NCBI GenBank assembly: GCA_965212015.1
Contig: OZ243037.1
Location: forward strand, 1,472,001 to 1,536,000
Reading direction: 5' to 3'
DNA: 64,000 nt
Source of the DNA: Cenarchaeum sp.
GTDB taxonomy: Archaea > Thermoproteota > Nitrososphaeria > Nitrososphaerales > Nitrosopumilaceae
The position numbers and the translations under genes are program-made. Shown here one piece after another: positions 20,128 through 30,137 of this stretch (its first letter is position 1; every line of letters begins with the position of its first letter). A model generated the notes under the pieces. The model did not search any database. It worked only from the letters and a program-made list of their open reading frames with translations, and was not told the DNA's origin.

Positions 20128-21154
20128 GCGCGAATCTCAGAACTGCCACCATGCCGCCAAGCCCTGTTACCCGCAGCCCGGCGTCGGTGGTAGAGTCGAC
20201 GCTAAACGACCTTACGCCCCTGGCCTCGGCGTCGTTTAAAAAGTCCATGACCTCCTGCTCGTCTGCGTCCTGTATTATCTTTTCAGAGAACACCAGCGAG
20301 TCTATGGCTCCGATCTCGTTTGCCCTCCTGGTCTCTGCGTATCCCATCGTAAACTTGTTGCTCTTTTTGTTGGCCATTGCCATCACCTCGTCGATTATAC
20401 CCGATACCGTGGCAAGCTTGCTGCCTGCCATGATCTCCCTCATCGCTTCGGACTTTGTAAAGATATAGATTCCGTCCTCGCCGCCAGAGTCGATTCCCTC
20501 CACCACCCGTATGTCCCATTTTGTCTTTATTAGGTGGTTTGCAAGCCTTTTTCTTGTCTGGCCGGGGCCGAATATTATCACAGAGTCGCCCTTTTTGATT
20601 ACGGCGGCGATCGCACCAGCTATGCCGTCAAAAAACCTGCCAATGTCAAAGTCAGTCTTGTATCTTTTTCCGCTGGCACCTGAGTACATGTTTGGCGTGA
20701 TCCGGAGGTGCGTCCCCTTTAGCCTTGCAATACCGCAGTCCGTTGTGTCCACTGCCACCAGGATGAATCCCGACTGAGACGAGTTTGACCTTAGCAGTCT
20801 TTTTTCCAGCGCGGACCACCTCTTTGTGATGGTGATCCCCTCGTTTGCCTGCACTATCATGGAGTGGTGCGAGCCGTGGGGGACCGACTCGTTGTTTGAC
20901 TCTGCGATGGTCCCCTGTATTCTCAGCTTGTCAAGCACGTTGTCAAGTGAGATCCTGTTCACGTTGAGTGCTATCTTTATCCTGGTCCTGCGGCCCTTGT
21001 CCGGCCTTGCAAAGTCCTTTTCCTGCTTTAGCACCCGCGTGGTGCTGCCCACTATCCTGTCCCCGGCCTTTATTATCCTCCTCAGGGTGAGCAGGTCGTC
21101 GGACTCCTCTGCAATGACGGAGATTGACTCGCCGTCGATTATCTTGGTTATCAT
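20120..21154 (-). CDS. pelA: mRNA surveillance protein pelota
   Basis: DDLLTL..II..GD, LRIQGTI, GSHHS, GPG, LGGMVAVLRF. Confidence 0.93.
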   Translation of the reverse strand: MITKIIDGESISVIAEESDDLLTLRRIIKAGDRIVGSTTRVLKQEKDFARPDKGRRTRIKIALNVNRISLDNVLDKLRIQGTIAESNNESVPHGSHHSMIVQANEGITITKRWSALEKRLLRSNSSQSGFILVAVDTTDCGIARLKGTHLRITPNMYSGASGKRYKTDFDIGRFFDGIAGAIAAVIKKGDSVIIFGPGQTRKRLANHLIKTKWDIRVVEGIDSGGEDGIYIFTKSEAMREIMAGSKLATVSGIIDEVMAMANKKSNKFTMGYAETRRANEIGAIDSLVFSEKIIQDADEQEVMDFLNDAEARGVRSFSVDSTTDAGLRVTGLGGMVAVLRFALS

Positions 21155-21164
21155 GACCGGTATG

Positions 21165-21578
21165 CTAGCCCGCCATCTTTGCCTTGTTCTCCTCTGTCTT
21201 TTTCTTTACATAGTTTGTGACCCATTCCAGTGTGATCACGTTTGTCTCTGCAAGGTTTACCAGCGAGTTTGAGGAGGCCTCTCCTGCCACCTTGCCGTTG
21301 TTGCGGCGTATCTGCCTCCATTTCAGCGAGGTGTTGCCGCTTTTAGAGTTGTAAATTATCCCGAGCACGTCCCTTGCGTTGACAAAGGTGACGTCCCTGA
21401 TCTTTTTTATGGTCACCTTGTCGGCTGCCTCGACGTATATCGAGCCGAGACTCTCGTCTCTTTCTGCGAATATCTCAGAGTCATCAATGTAGCTCTGCGG
21501 GGCAAACGAGCTGCAGGTGCTAGATATGATGAATCTGCGAAAGCTCTCAAGCGATGCCGGGGTGTCGATGGCTACCAT
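21165..21578 (-). CDS. conserved hypothetical protein
   Basis: 137-aa ORF in tandem with pelota. Confidence 0.75.
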   Translation of the reverse strand: MVAIDTPASLESFRRFIISSTCSSFAPQSYIDDSEIFAERDESLGSIYVEAADKVTIKKIRDVTFVNARDVLGIIYNSKSGNTSLKWRQIRRNNGKVAGEASSNSLVNLAETNVITLEWVTNYVKKKTEENKAKMAG

Positions 21579-21605
21579 TCCTTACCATATGCCCGCCGCC
21601 ATTTA

Positions 21606-21824
21606 TCAAGCTTTTTGAGGCCCCCCCGCTTGCAGTCCGGGAAATTCGGCCTGCCTCGTGCCAAGATTACGCTGCAGCTGCCGTATTCTGGCCGCAGTCG
21701 CGCCCATCGCGGTATGGTCTCCGTCCTGCCTTGCCTTTTTGTAGGCCCGCCAGCCCTCCTCCAGCCTGCGCCATATGGTCCCCGGCGGCTCGCCGGATTT
21801 TGCAGGTGACGGGAATCTTTGCAT
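21606..21824 (-). CDS. small helical hypothetical protein
   Basis: W..L..GW..Y..AR...D......A.RI..LQ..LG....EFP pattern; start uncertain. Confidence 0.55.
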   Translation of the reverse strand: MQRFPSPAKSGEPPGTIWRRLEEGWRAYKKARQDGDHTAMGATAARIRQLQRNLGTRQAEFPGLQAGGPQKA

Positions 21825-21882
21825 GATCGTTGTTTTGTAATTGATACTCCATGTATGGTGTGAGTTTTGGTTTATCCTGGGG

Positions 21883-22353
21883 TCAAATTATTGTCCCGAG
21901 CTTTTGCGCAATCTTTTTGCTGCTGATTGCCAGATCATAGCTGCCGTCCAGCTTGAGGGCGGCATCAAAGTATGGCATCGCCTCCCTTATGCGGCCCAGC
22001 TCGCCTAGGGATATCCCCTTGCATGTGAGGGCCGTAACGGAATTGCAGTCCGCCTTTAGCGCCTCGTCATAGCACGGTATGGCTTCGGCGTATCTTTCCA
22101 GGTTCTGCAGCGCCACGCCCTTGTTTGTCCAGGCATCTGCGTTTTCTGGCTCTAGCGCAATGGCCGCATCAAAGCACGGTATGGCTTCTGCGTACCTTTC
22201 CAGGTTTTCGAGTGTGACTCCCTTGTCGATCAGTATAGTCACATTGCGCGGATCTTTTTGCAGGATTGCGTCGAAATATTCCAGCGCCGTGCCATAGCTG
22301 CCGTCTGCGCACAGGCCGTACGTGTGGTTCATCAGCTCCGTAAGATCGTTCAC
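21883..22353 (-). CDS. TPR repeat protein
   Basis: Repeated KGV.L.NL.RYAEAIPC(F/Y)D.A TPR units; the real start is downstream of the called ORF start. Confidence 0.85.
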   Translation of the reverse strand: MNDLTELMNHTYGLCADGSYGTALEYFDAILQKDPRNVTILIDKGVTLENLERYAEAIPCFDAAIALEPENADAWTNKGVALQNLERYAEAIPCYDEALKADCNSVTALTCKGISLGELGRIREAMPYFDAALKLDGSYDLAISSKKIAQKLGTII

Positions 22354-22552
22354 GTTATGGCGTCTGCCGCCTCGTAAATAATATTTTTGGATTCCCGGAA
22401 TAATGCAGCCTGTTTCTGCCCTGAAAGGTTCAATTAGCGAGCGCGCCAGCTGCCGGTGCGGGCATTGATGAACGTATCCCGATGACTGATGATATGGATC
22501 TTGAGTTCTGAGCCTGCCTTGATTTTTATGGCCGTACGGCGTTGCGCTGCCC

Positions 22553-22972
22553 ATGAGGGTGCTCACAGAATACCTGCAGTATAATACAAAGACCAGGAGG
22601 GCCTTTGTGAACATAACCCCAAAGGTGGAGGCGCTGGTGAAAAAAAGCGGGGTGCAGGAGGGACTGTGCCTGGTAAACGCCATGCACATAACTGCCAGCG
22701 TGTTTATCAACGACGACGAGGGCGGGCTGCACAGGGACTATGAAAGGTGGCTCGAGGACCTGGCGCCGCACGCGCCCACTGCAATGTACGACCACAACAA
22801 GACCGGCGAGGATAACGCCGATGCGCACCTCAAAAGGCAGGTGATGGGACGCGAAGTCACGATAGCGATCACAGGAGGCAGGCTGGACTTTGGCACCTGG
22901 GAGCAGGTGTTTTACGGCGAGTTTGACGGGCGGCGCAAAAAGCGCGTGCTGGTAAAAATCATCGGCCAGTGA
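22553..22972 (+). CDS. yjbQ: YjbQ (UPF0047) family protein
   Basis: [26 protein letters not shown]. Confidence 0.92.
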   Translation: MRVLTEYLQYNTKTRRAFVNITPKVEALVKKSGVQEGLCLVNAMHITASVFINDDEGGLHRDYERWLEDLAPHAPTAMYDHNKTGEDNADAHLKRQVMGREVTIAITGGRLDFGTWEQVFYGEFDGRRKKRVLVKIIGQ

Positions 22973-23137
22973 CTAGCCAAAGTCCACGTCTCGTTTCTGG
23001 CTCTGGCCCTCGTTTGCCCTGGCAGAGGCGCGAAACTCCTCGTCGTGGTTTTGCGGCCCGTGTCCGCATTTTACGCACGCAATCTTGAAGCCGTTGGAGT
23101 CCTTTTCGTATGTGTCGCATCCGCAAAAGCACGCCAT
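22973..23137 (-). CDS. small Cys/His-rich Zn-binding protein
   Basis: MACFCGC...CVKCGH...H, 54 aa. Confidence 0.65.
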   Translation of the reverse strand: MACFCGCDTYEKDSNGFKIACVKCGHGPQNHDEEFRASARANEGQSQKRDVDFG

Positions 23138-23181
23138 GACAGATGGTGGGGCCGTAAAGCGATATATGTCTTGCACCGGCA

Positions 23182-23640
23182 TTACGCGGCATCTGCCATG
23201 CCGCAGCACTCCCCTGCTGGAATGTCCAGGCCGTGCGGGCACTTTCTGGGATGCTCAAGCATTGTGCAGAGTGCGTCGGTAAACTGCTTGTTCATGTGGT
23301 GCTCTACTCCGCAGACCATCTCTTCGTTTATCTCTATCTTTAGCGCGCTGAACATCAGCACCTCCAGCAGCCTGCTGTTTCTCATCATGACAGAGCCGAC
23401 CTTTTCGCCCTCGTCTGTGAGGACAATGCCCGCCCTGTTATAGCTGACCAGCTTTTTCGTGTTTAGCTTTTTTAGCATCTGCACCACGCTGGGCTGCTTT
23501 ACGTTGAGTATCTTGGCAATGTTGCTTATCTTGACGGGCTCGTCGCGCTCCTTTATGTGCCATATGGCCTTGAGGTACATCTCTACGTGCTCGGTTTCTG
23601 CCGTACCCACAAACAGTATCTCTTTTTTTGCGTCATCCAT
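23182..23640 (-). CDS. DtxR/MntR metal-dependent transcriptional regulator
   Basis: EMYLKAIW, PSVVQMLKKL, LTDEG, RLLE, EHH, CPHG. Confidence 0.92.
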   Translation of the reverse strand: MDDAKKEILFVGTAETEHVEMYLKAIWHIKERDEPVKISNIAKILNVKQPSVVQMLKKLNTKKLVSYNRAGIVLTDEGEKVGSVMMRNSRLLEVLMFSALKIEINEEMVCGVEHHMNKQFTDALCTMLEHPRKCPHGLDIPAGECCGMADAA

Positions 23641-23643
23641 GCC

Positions 23644-24411
23644 TCATATCTTCCTTGAATCTTTTAATAAATATTCAAAATACTCCCTGGCAAACCCGGC
23701 CAGTCCTGCGTGATCCGCCCATATGGCAACCGTGTCTGCTGATGACGACTCGCCCATCTCCGGGCCCAGCAGAATCACCACGTACCGCCTGTCTGAGATT
23801 ATCCCGCCGCCGTACAGGCCCTTTTTGACCTTGACAGATGCCACCCTGGAGAGCGTCTTTAGTGACTCTTTGCCCATCTTGTCTGACGTCAGTATGGTAA
23901 TGCCGACTCCCTTGTCGTGGAGCAGCCTGAGCTTTGGAAGCGCCTGCTTTATGAGCTCCTCGCCTGCCTCGGGGACGGTAATTAGCACCTCGTTTCTGCA
24001 CGTCTCTACCATCTCTAGGATCTTTGCTGCAATGTTGATTGCCCCTGACAAAAACCAAATGTCGGGCTTTTCGCTGGTGCCGCTCTTTTCGTACAGCGGC
24101 GAGAGCTCGCTTGTTATTATGGAATTATTGTCCGAAAAATCGGCGTCAATTTTCAGTTTTGTAGTCTCTAGGCCCGTTGAGGGCGACTTTGCAATGTATC
24201 TTGTGGGTCTCGAGTTATCCGAGCCAATCCACCTCTTCTCCTCCAGGGTGCCTAGGACCTCGTAGATCTTTGAGTACGGCACGCCTGACTTTTGGCTCAA
24301 ATCCTGCGCGGTAAGCTCGCCGGACTTGAGCAGCGCCACGTATGTGCGGATTTCGTACCCTGTCAGGCCTATCTGTTCTAGCGCCTTTTTGGCCTTGTCC
24401 GTGATGCTCAT
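23644..24411 (-). CDS. TrmB family transcriptional regulator
   Basis: GLTGYE..TY.ALL, SGVPYSKIYEVL..L, RPTRY. Confidence 0.92.
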   Translation of the reverse strand: MSITDKAKKALEQIGLTGYEIRTYVALLKSGELTAQDLSQKSGVPYSKIYEVLGTLEEKRWIGSDNSRPTRYIAKSPSTGLETTKLKIDADFSDNNSIITSELSPLYEKSGTSEKPDIWFLSGAINIAAKILEMVETCRNEVLITVPEAGEELIKQALPKLRLLHDKGVGITILTSDKMGKESLKTLSRVASVKVKKGLYGGGIISDRRYVVILLGPEMGESSSADTVAIWADHAGLAGFAREYFEYLLKDSRKI

Positions 24412-24601
24412 GCGATCTAGATCGACTCGATTCCGTATTTAAACTCGTTATAAAAGCGCGGCACGGGACCTCCAAAAGGGCGCCAATACCGCAAAATCCA
24501 CGCCTAGAGGAGGGGGCGGAAACCCCCGTTTAATACGTATTTTCACACGGGGGCGGGGGGGAAATGGATTATATACTATCCATTAAAAATTCCAACTGTA
24601 A

Positions 24602-26266
24602 ATGGCGTTAATTCAGATTGCAAACCAGTCTACAAAGAATCTGGGCAAAAAATCCACCATCAGGTTCACCCAGAGCATATGCCCTGACTGCAACATGATA
24701 CTGGATGCCGAGGTCTTTGAGCGCGGCGACAAGGTATACATGACAAAGACGTGCCCCACGCACGGCGAATGCGAGGAGCTGTACTTTGGATCATTTGAGC
24801 TATACCAGAAATTCAGCACATACTGGCAGGACGGCAAGGGCGCACACGCGCCGAACGTAATGATAGAAAAGTGCTCGTGCCCGAACAACTGCGGACTGTG
24901 CTCAAACCACCTCTCCCACAGCGGACTGGCAAACATGATAGTCACGAACAGGTGCGATCTTACGTGCTGGTACTGCTTTTTCTATGTCAAAAAGGGCCTC
25001 GAGGGCGCATACATGTACGAGCCCTCGCAGGATCAGGTCCGCGCAATGATGAAGACCCTCAGGGCGGAGCGCCCAATCCCGGGAAACTCGATGCAGATCA
25101 CCGGCGGCGAGCCGATGCTCAGGGAGGACATTACAAGTGTAATTAAAATCATGAAAGAAGAGGGCGTCGATCACATACAGATGAACACCAACGGAATCAG
25201 GCACGCAATGGATCCGGAGGCGGCCCGCGACGTGAGGCTGGCCGGATGCAACAATCTCTATCTGAGCTTTGATGGCGTCACTGCCAGAACCAACCCAAAG
25301 AACCACTGGGAGATTCCGCACGCCCTTGACAGCTGCAGAAAGACCGGCACCACGGTGGTCTTTGTGCCCACCGTGATTAAGTCAATCAACGACCACGAGC
25401 TGGGCGGCATCATACGGTACGCCCAAAAGAACATGGACGTGGTACACGCCGTAAACTTTCAGCCAGTCTCGCTGACCGGAAGGATGGGCAAGACTGAGCG
25501 TGAAAAGTACAGGATTACAGTACCTGACTGCATTCAGAGAATCGAGGAGCAGACGGGAGGCGAGGTCACCATAGACGACTGGTTCCCCGTCCCAAGCTGC
25601 ATGCCGCTGACCAACGTCATAGAGGCGTTCTCAAGCAAGCCAAAGTACGAGCTTTCCATTCATTTTGCGTGCGGTGCTGGCACGTACATCTTTGAGGACG
25701 AAGAGACGAAAAAGTTCGTCCCGCTGACAAAGTTCTGCGACATACAGGGAATGCTGGAATTATTTGAGGACAAGGCCGAAGAGATTCGCTCCGGCAAAAA
25801 CAAGTACTTTACAATGCTAGAAGTGGTCAGAAAGCTAAAGGGATTCGTTGACAGCAAAAAGCAGCCGGCGGGACTCGATCTGGCAAAGATGTTTGGCAAC
25901 ATACTGATGAAGCGCTCCTTTGACTCTGTGGGATCCTGGCACGTAAAGGGACTGTTCCTTGGCATGATGCACTTTCAGGACAAGTACAACGAGGACCTAG
26001 AGAGGCTGCAAAGGTGCGACATTCACTATGTGACGCCGGATCTGCGGATAATTCCGTTCTGCGCGTTTAACGTGATTCCAGAGTGGTACCGGGACAGGAT
26101 TCAAAAAAAGTATTCCATTACAGTAGAGCAGTGGGAGCAGCGCGAGGGCGTAAAGCTCGAGGACGGCCTCTACCGGGGTCTGATGAGGCGCGGCGCAGGC
26201 GACGAGCTTGCGGCAGGTTGCGCAAAGAGCCAAATGTTCCACGATGCGTCGCAGGCAGTAGTGTAG
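24602..26266 (+). CDS. tes: tetraether lipid synthase (radical SAM, GDGT-MAS)
   Basis: SICPDC...CPTHG, CPNNCGLC, TNRCDLTCWYCF, TGGEP, C-terminal HFACG and RCDIHY...IPFCAFN. Confidence 0.9.
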   Translation: MALIQIANQSTKNLGKKSTIRFTQSICPDCNMILDAEVFERGDKVYMTKTCPTHGECEELYFGSFELYQKFSTYWQDGKGAHAPNVMIEKCSCPNNCGLCSNHLSHSGLANMIVTNRCDLTCWYCFFYVKKGLEGAYMYEPSQDQVRAMMKTLRAERPIPGNSMQITGGEPMLREDITSVIKIMKEEGVDHIQMNTNGIRHAMDPEAARDVRLAGCNNLYLSFDGVTARTNPKNHWEIPHALDSCRKTGTTVVFVPTVIKSINDHELGGIIRYAQKNMDVVHAVNFQPVSLTGRMGKTEREKYRITVPDCIQRIEEQTGGEVTIDDWFPVPSCMPLTNVIEAFSSKPKYELSIHFACGAGTYIFEDEETKKFVPLTKFCDIQGMLELFEDKAEEIRSGKNKYFTMLEVVRKLKGFVDSKKQPAGLDLAKMFGNILMKRSFDSVGSWHVKGLFLGMMHFQDKYNEDLERLQRCDIHYVTPDLRIIPFCAFNVIPEWYRDRIQKKYSITVEQWEQREGVKLEDGLYRGLMRRGAGDELAAGCAKSQMFHDASQAVV

Positions 26267-26519
26267 GGACAGTCAGTTCTGACGGTATAATCAGTCTGTG
26301 GATGTTTAGCCAGATTTTTTTACCCCGCAGTGGCTACAAAACAAATATCCGTCCTTGTGCCTCACCCAGTAGTGAAGGGCGTGATCCTTCATGGCCTGTA
26401 TAATGGTTCGTGGCCTAAAGTTGTTTTGATGTATGGTATGGGGCCGGCTCGCAGGCCGTATGGCTTGTAATATAAAACCATATTTTTATCTGGTTAATGT
26501 TTATTAACTAATAAGAAAT

Positions 26520-27512
26520 ATGTGTTTTATGAACTCGAGGCAGGCAGAAGAAAAGGCGGCAGGATACCTTGCCGGGCTTGGCTGGGACGTGCAAAGGGAG
26601 GTAAAGATTCGCGGCAGGATGGTAGACGTTGTGGGCGTGCGGGACGGGCAGATTGCCATGGTGGAGGTAAGGGATGCGCACGGCAACATGGACATGGGTA
26701 TAATGCACGCCATGCACCAAAAGGAGGCAGCCGACTATTCGTATCTGGCAATGTATGACGGCATTCACAAAAGGGCCCGGACTGTCTGCCGGAATCTCGG
26801 AGTCGGGCTGATTCAGCTGGACGGCGCTGCTTGTGAGATGCTGCCGGCAGAACACACTGCGGCGCTGGAATCAGTCAGAAAAAAGATGCTCAAAACAAGG
26901 CCGGCAGAAAGGAAAACAATTCGGGTGCAGAGCCCCTTATACCACATTCTGCACACAAAAAGCCAGGTGCTGATACTAAAGCTGCTGTTTCTGAACGGGA
27001 CAAAAGAGTTTCACCTGAACGATATCGCGCGCAGGATAGGGCTTAGCGCGCCTGCCGTGCACAAGGAGATGGCCAGGCTTGCCGGCACGGATCTGATACT
27101 GCGGCGCCGCCAGGGAAGCATGATGCTCTATATGATAAACAAGGGCGGCATCATATATGATGAGATGAGGCGCATATTCTTAAAGTACGAGCTCTTCGGC
27201 GAGATGCTGTCTGCAAAGTTCGATAAAGAGGACGTACGATACGCCGCAATATATGGCTCGTTTGCAAGCGGGACAGAGGACGTGGCAAGCGATATCGATC
27301 TTTTTGTGGTAGGCGGCATACACGAGGACCGCCTCTTGGGGATTGTCACGAGGGTGGAGCGCGAGATTGGCCGCGAGATCAACTTTGTGCTGTGGACCGA
27401 AAAGGAGCTGGGACAAAAGATAAGAAAAAAGACGCCGCTGATCCGAGAGATTGCAAACGCGATTATAATGATAACGGGGGACGAGGATGAATTTAAGCGA
27501 CTTGCAGCGTAA
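26520..27512 (+). CDS. PD-(D/E)xK-like domain + wHTH + minimal nucleotidyltransferase (MNT) fusion
   Basis: E...VDVV....VEVR N-terminus; central wHTH (FHLNDIARRIGLS...L...DLI); YGSFASG...SDIDL NTase motif. Confidence 0.85.
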   Translation: MCFMNSRQAEEKAAGYLAGLGWDVQREVKIRGRMVDVVGVRDGQIAMVEVRDAHGNMDMGIMHAMHQKEAADYSYLAMYDGIHKRARTVCRNLGVGLIQLDGAACEMLPAEHTAALESVRKKMLKTRPAERKTIRVQSPLYHILHTKSQVLILKLLFLNGTKEFHLNDIARRIGLSAPAVHKEMARLAGTDLILRRRQGSMMLYMINKGGIIYDEMRRIFLKYELFGEMLSAKFDKEDVRYAAIYGSFASGTEDVASDIDLFVVGGIHEDRLLGIVTRVEREIGREINFVLWTEKELGQKIRKKTPLIREIANAIIMITGDEDEFKRLAA

Positions 27513-27924
27513 GGGGCTGGTGGAAAAGTTTGTCTCCAGTCCGGAGCAGGTAAGGACAGAGCTGGCAAACTCGCGCAGGAACCTAAAGTCGGCCCGCAAG
27601 ATGCTGGAAATTGACGAATGGGGACACTCGCAAGCGGCGGCGTATACCTCCATGCTTTTTGCTGCAAGGGGGCTCATGTTTTCCAAGGGATACAGGCCGC
27701 AGGGTCACGAGCATCACGTTGCAACAGTCTCGTTTGCCCACGTTTACGAGAGGAGGTATTCTGTAGAGACTCTGGCGGCCTTTGAGCGGGGCAGAAAGAT
27801 GAGAAACGAGTTCCAGTACGATGATGCCGGTGTAATATCGGAGGAGAGGGCCCGGGGACTGGTCGGCCATGCGGCAAAGTTTGCCTCCAAGACAAGGGAG
27901 ATCCTGAAACAGGCCGAGCTTTGA
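27487..27924 (+). CDS. HEPN domain protein
   Basis: Overlaps the MNT gene; AYTSML.AARGLM, H, RNEFQY motif. Confidence 0.85.
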   Translation: MNLSDLQRKGLVEKFVSSPEQVRTELANSRRNLKSARKMLEIDEWGHSQAAAYTSMLFAARGLMFSKGYRPQGHEHHVATVSFAHVYERRYSVETLAAFERGRKMRNEFQYDDAGVISEERARGLVGHAAKFASKTREILKQAEL

Positions 27925-27960
27925 GGGTATTGTGCCTGCCGTCCGTTAGGCGCGGGCTCG

Positions 27961-29481
27961 TTATATCAGCAAGAGAAAGATTGAGGCCGGAATGATCACG
28001 TATTCTGGCTTTTCGTCCAAGTCTAGTTTGGAGACTACAATCCCGCTTTTTGTTGCAGTAGCATCAAGAAAGCTAGTCAGCCCGGTCAGTTCCGTGTGGT
28101 TGATTTTGTTCCTGTATTTTACCTCGATTGGAACCTCGATGTCCTGTCCGTCATACAGGACAAAATCCACCTCTTTTTTCTTTTCATCTTTCCAGTAAAA
28201 GATGTGATTGTAATAATCAAATGTCTGTTTTTTCCTGCTTGACGCAAATGCCAATCTGATCAGATGATCTGCAACGATGCCCTCGATAATCTTGCCCTGA
28301 TTGTCCTCCTCGTGTATGTAATCCAGACTGGTAGTAAAACTGTCCTTTGCACTCATCCATCCGTTGAACATGTGCAAAAAATATGGATCGCGGAAATAGA
28401 ATTTTCTGTCTCTTTTAATGATTGGAATTTTTTTGTCAGTCCCGTATTGATGGATTATTGACAGAGCAAACAAATCTTTTAGTGTATAAGCATAATCGGA
28501 AGCCGTATTCGGACTTCCCAAGGCCGCTTCCTTGGAAAGATTGCTCCAGGATGTGTGGCTGCTCTGACTTTTGATTATGGCTCCACAAAACTGCTTTAAT
28601 AGAGTTTCATTCTTTGCCATCTTGTTCCATTCACCAGTAATGCTTTCCAAATACACTGCATACAAACTTTCATCAATAGTGCCAGTTTTTATTTTTTCAT
28701 CCATTATTTTTGGAATTCCACCGGTCAGCATATACGCATTTAGCAATTCGGTTAGTTCATTTTGATGTACTTGTAGGTTATCCAGACTCTCATCAATTTC
28801 CAGATTTAATAATTTTGTAAATATTGTTTTTCTATCCTGCGATAAGAACAGATTGTTGTCGTGAATCAAATTCCTGATGTTCTGGCTTGCCAATGTGGCA
28901 TATTCTGAAAATTTCATCGGAAGTAAAACTTTGTCATAACTGTCATTAACCCTACCTCTACGACCCGGAAGTCGTTCTGTTGAATTTCTCATATTGATCG
29001 CCTGTGAACCCATGGCCATGACTGTACAATTTTTTAATTTATCCCCGTCAACTAGCCATTTTATCCCCTTTTGCCAATCCCTTACCGATGTAACTTCATC
29101 CAAAAATATATAGCAGCGATTGTTTTTACGGTATTTTGCGCTTATTCTCATGTACGTTTCAATTACATCCACGACATCTTGTTTTGTGTCGGCCATGTCT
29201 AGCGTATAATATAAAATATTCCATGGCGAGATGTTTTTTTCTAGAAATTCCTTTATCTGCAATTTAATGAGTGTGGTTTTTCCTACCTGTCTTGGGCCAC
29301 GCAGCGAATACACCACGGTATTGGAAGGCTCAAAATCATAGGCAATCTCGTGCTGAAGTCCGGGAACATGCTTTATTTCAGAATCGTTCCATTCCTTGAT
29401 CTGCTTGTCCTTTAGGATGCTTTTTGGATCGCCCCACCATGGGTTAAAATCCCGTATCGTGCTTTCTTTAATCATATTCAT
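27961..29481 (-). CDS. AAA+ ATPase (AAA_14 type) with DUF4143-like C-terminus
   Basis: FNPWW, GPRQVGKTT, FLDEV, GRR, YMLTGGIP, KFYFRDP, EVDFV..IPIEVKY. Confidence 0.92.
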   Translation of the reverse strand: MNMIKESTIRDFNPWWGDPKSILKDKQIKEWNDSEIKHVPGLQHEIAYDFEPSNTVVYSLRGPRQVGKTTLIKLQIKEFLEKNISPWNILYYTLDMADTKQDVVDVIETYMRISAKYRKNNRCYIFLDEVTSVRDWQKGIKWLVDGDKLKNCTVMAMGSQAINMRNSTERLPGRRGRVNDSYDKVLLPMKFSEYATLASQNIRNLIHDNNLFLSQDRKTIFTKLLNLEIDESLDNLQVHQNELTELLNAYMLTGGIPKIMDEKIKTGTIDESLYAVYLESITGEWNKMAKNETLLKQFCGAIIKSQSSHTSWSNLSKEAALGSPNTASDYAYTLKDLFALSIIHQYGTDKKIPIIKRDRKFYFRDPYFLHMFNGWMSAKDSFTTSLDYIHEEDNQGKIIEGIVADHLIRLAFASSRKKQTFDYYNHIFYWKDEKKKEVDFVLYDGQDIEVPIEVKYRNKINHTELTGLTSFLDATATKSGIVVSKLDLDEKPEYVIIPASIFLLLI

Positions 29482-29488
29482 GCCTATT

Positions 29489-29845
29489 GACAGGTTCTTT
29501 ATATACCCTAACTTCAAGGTGTGACAGGTTCTTTATATACCCTAACTTCAAGGTGTGACAGGTTCTTTATATACCCTAACTTCAAGGTGTGACAGGTTCT
29601 TTATATACCCTAACTTCAAGGTGTGACAGGTTCTTTATATACCCTAACTTCAAGGTGTGACAGGTTCTTTATATACCCTAACTTCAAGGTGTGACAGGTT
29701 CTTTATATACCCTAACTTCAAGGTGTGACAGGTTCTTTATATACCCTAACTTCAAGGTGTGACAGGTTCTTTATATACCCTAACTTCAAGGTGTGACAGG
29801 TTCTTTATATACCCTAACTTCAAGGTGTGACAGGTTCTTTATATA
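29489..29845. repeat. perfect 34-bp tandem repeat, 10 full units plus a 17-bp partial unit (GACAGGTTCTTTATATACCCTAACTTCAAGGTGT)
   Basis: Units start at 29489, 29523 ... 29795, with the partial unit at 29829; no spacers. Confidence 0.97.
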
Positions 29846-30137
29846 TTCAGATAAATCCAATACTGACCGGCATGCTTGGATTTTTACGATCATTATCATG
29901 CAAGCATCAATGTCCAAAATTTACCCAATTCCACAAGGCCCAGCAGAGCAGTGAAATTATCGGCGTGTTCTGATGTACGATCCTGGATGTGCCGTGGGCG
30001 TATCCGGAGTTAGGTTCTGACATGAGCCGAATTCCCAATAACCAAATCATACCTTGCTGCTACAATTCCCCATGATTTCTTGTATAGTAAATTCTACTCG
30101 TCCAAGCGATTATGGCATTATCAGCTACAAGACCCCA

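Noticed and set aside
21883-22710. 275-aa extended TPR ORF
   Set aside because: The N-terminal extension overlaps yjbQ antisense; only the last ~156 codons look real
29482-29517. ATPase N-terminal extension MKLGYIKNLSIG
   Set aside because: It is just the translation of the first tandem-repeat unit
29489-29845. CRISPR array
   Set aside because: Units are contiguous and identical with no spacers, and there are no cas genes in the window
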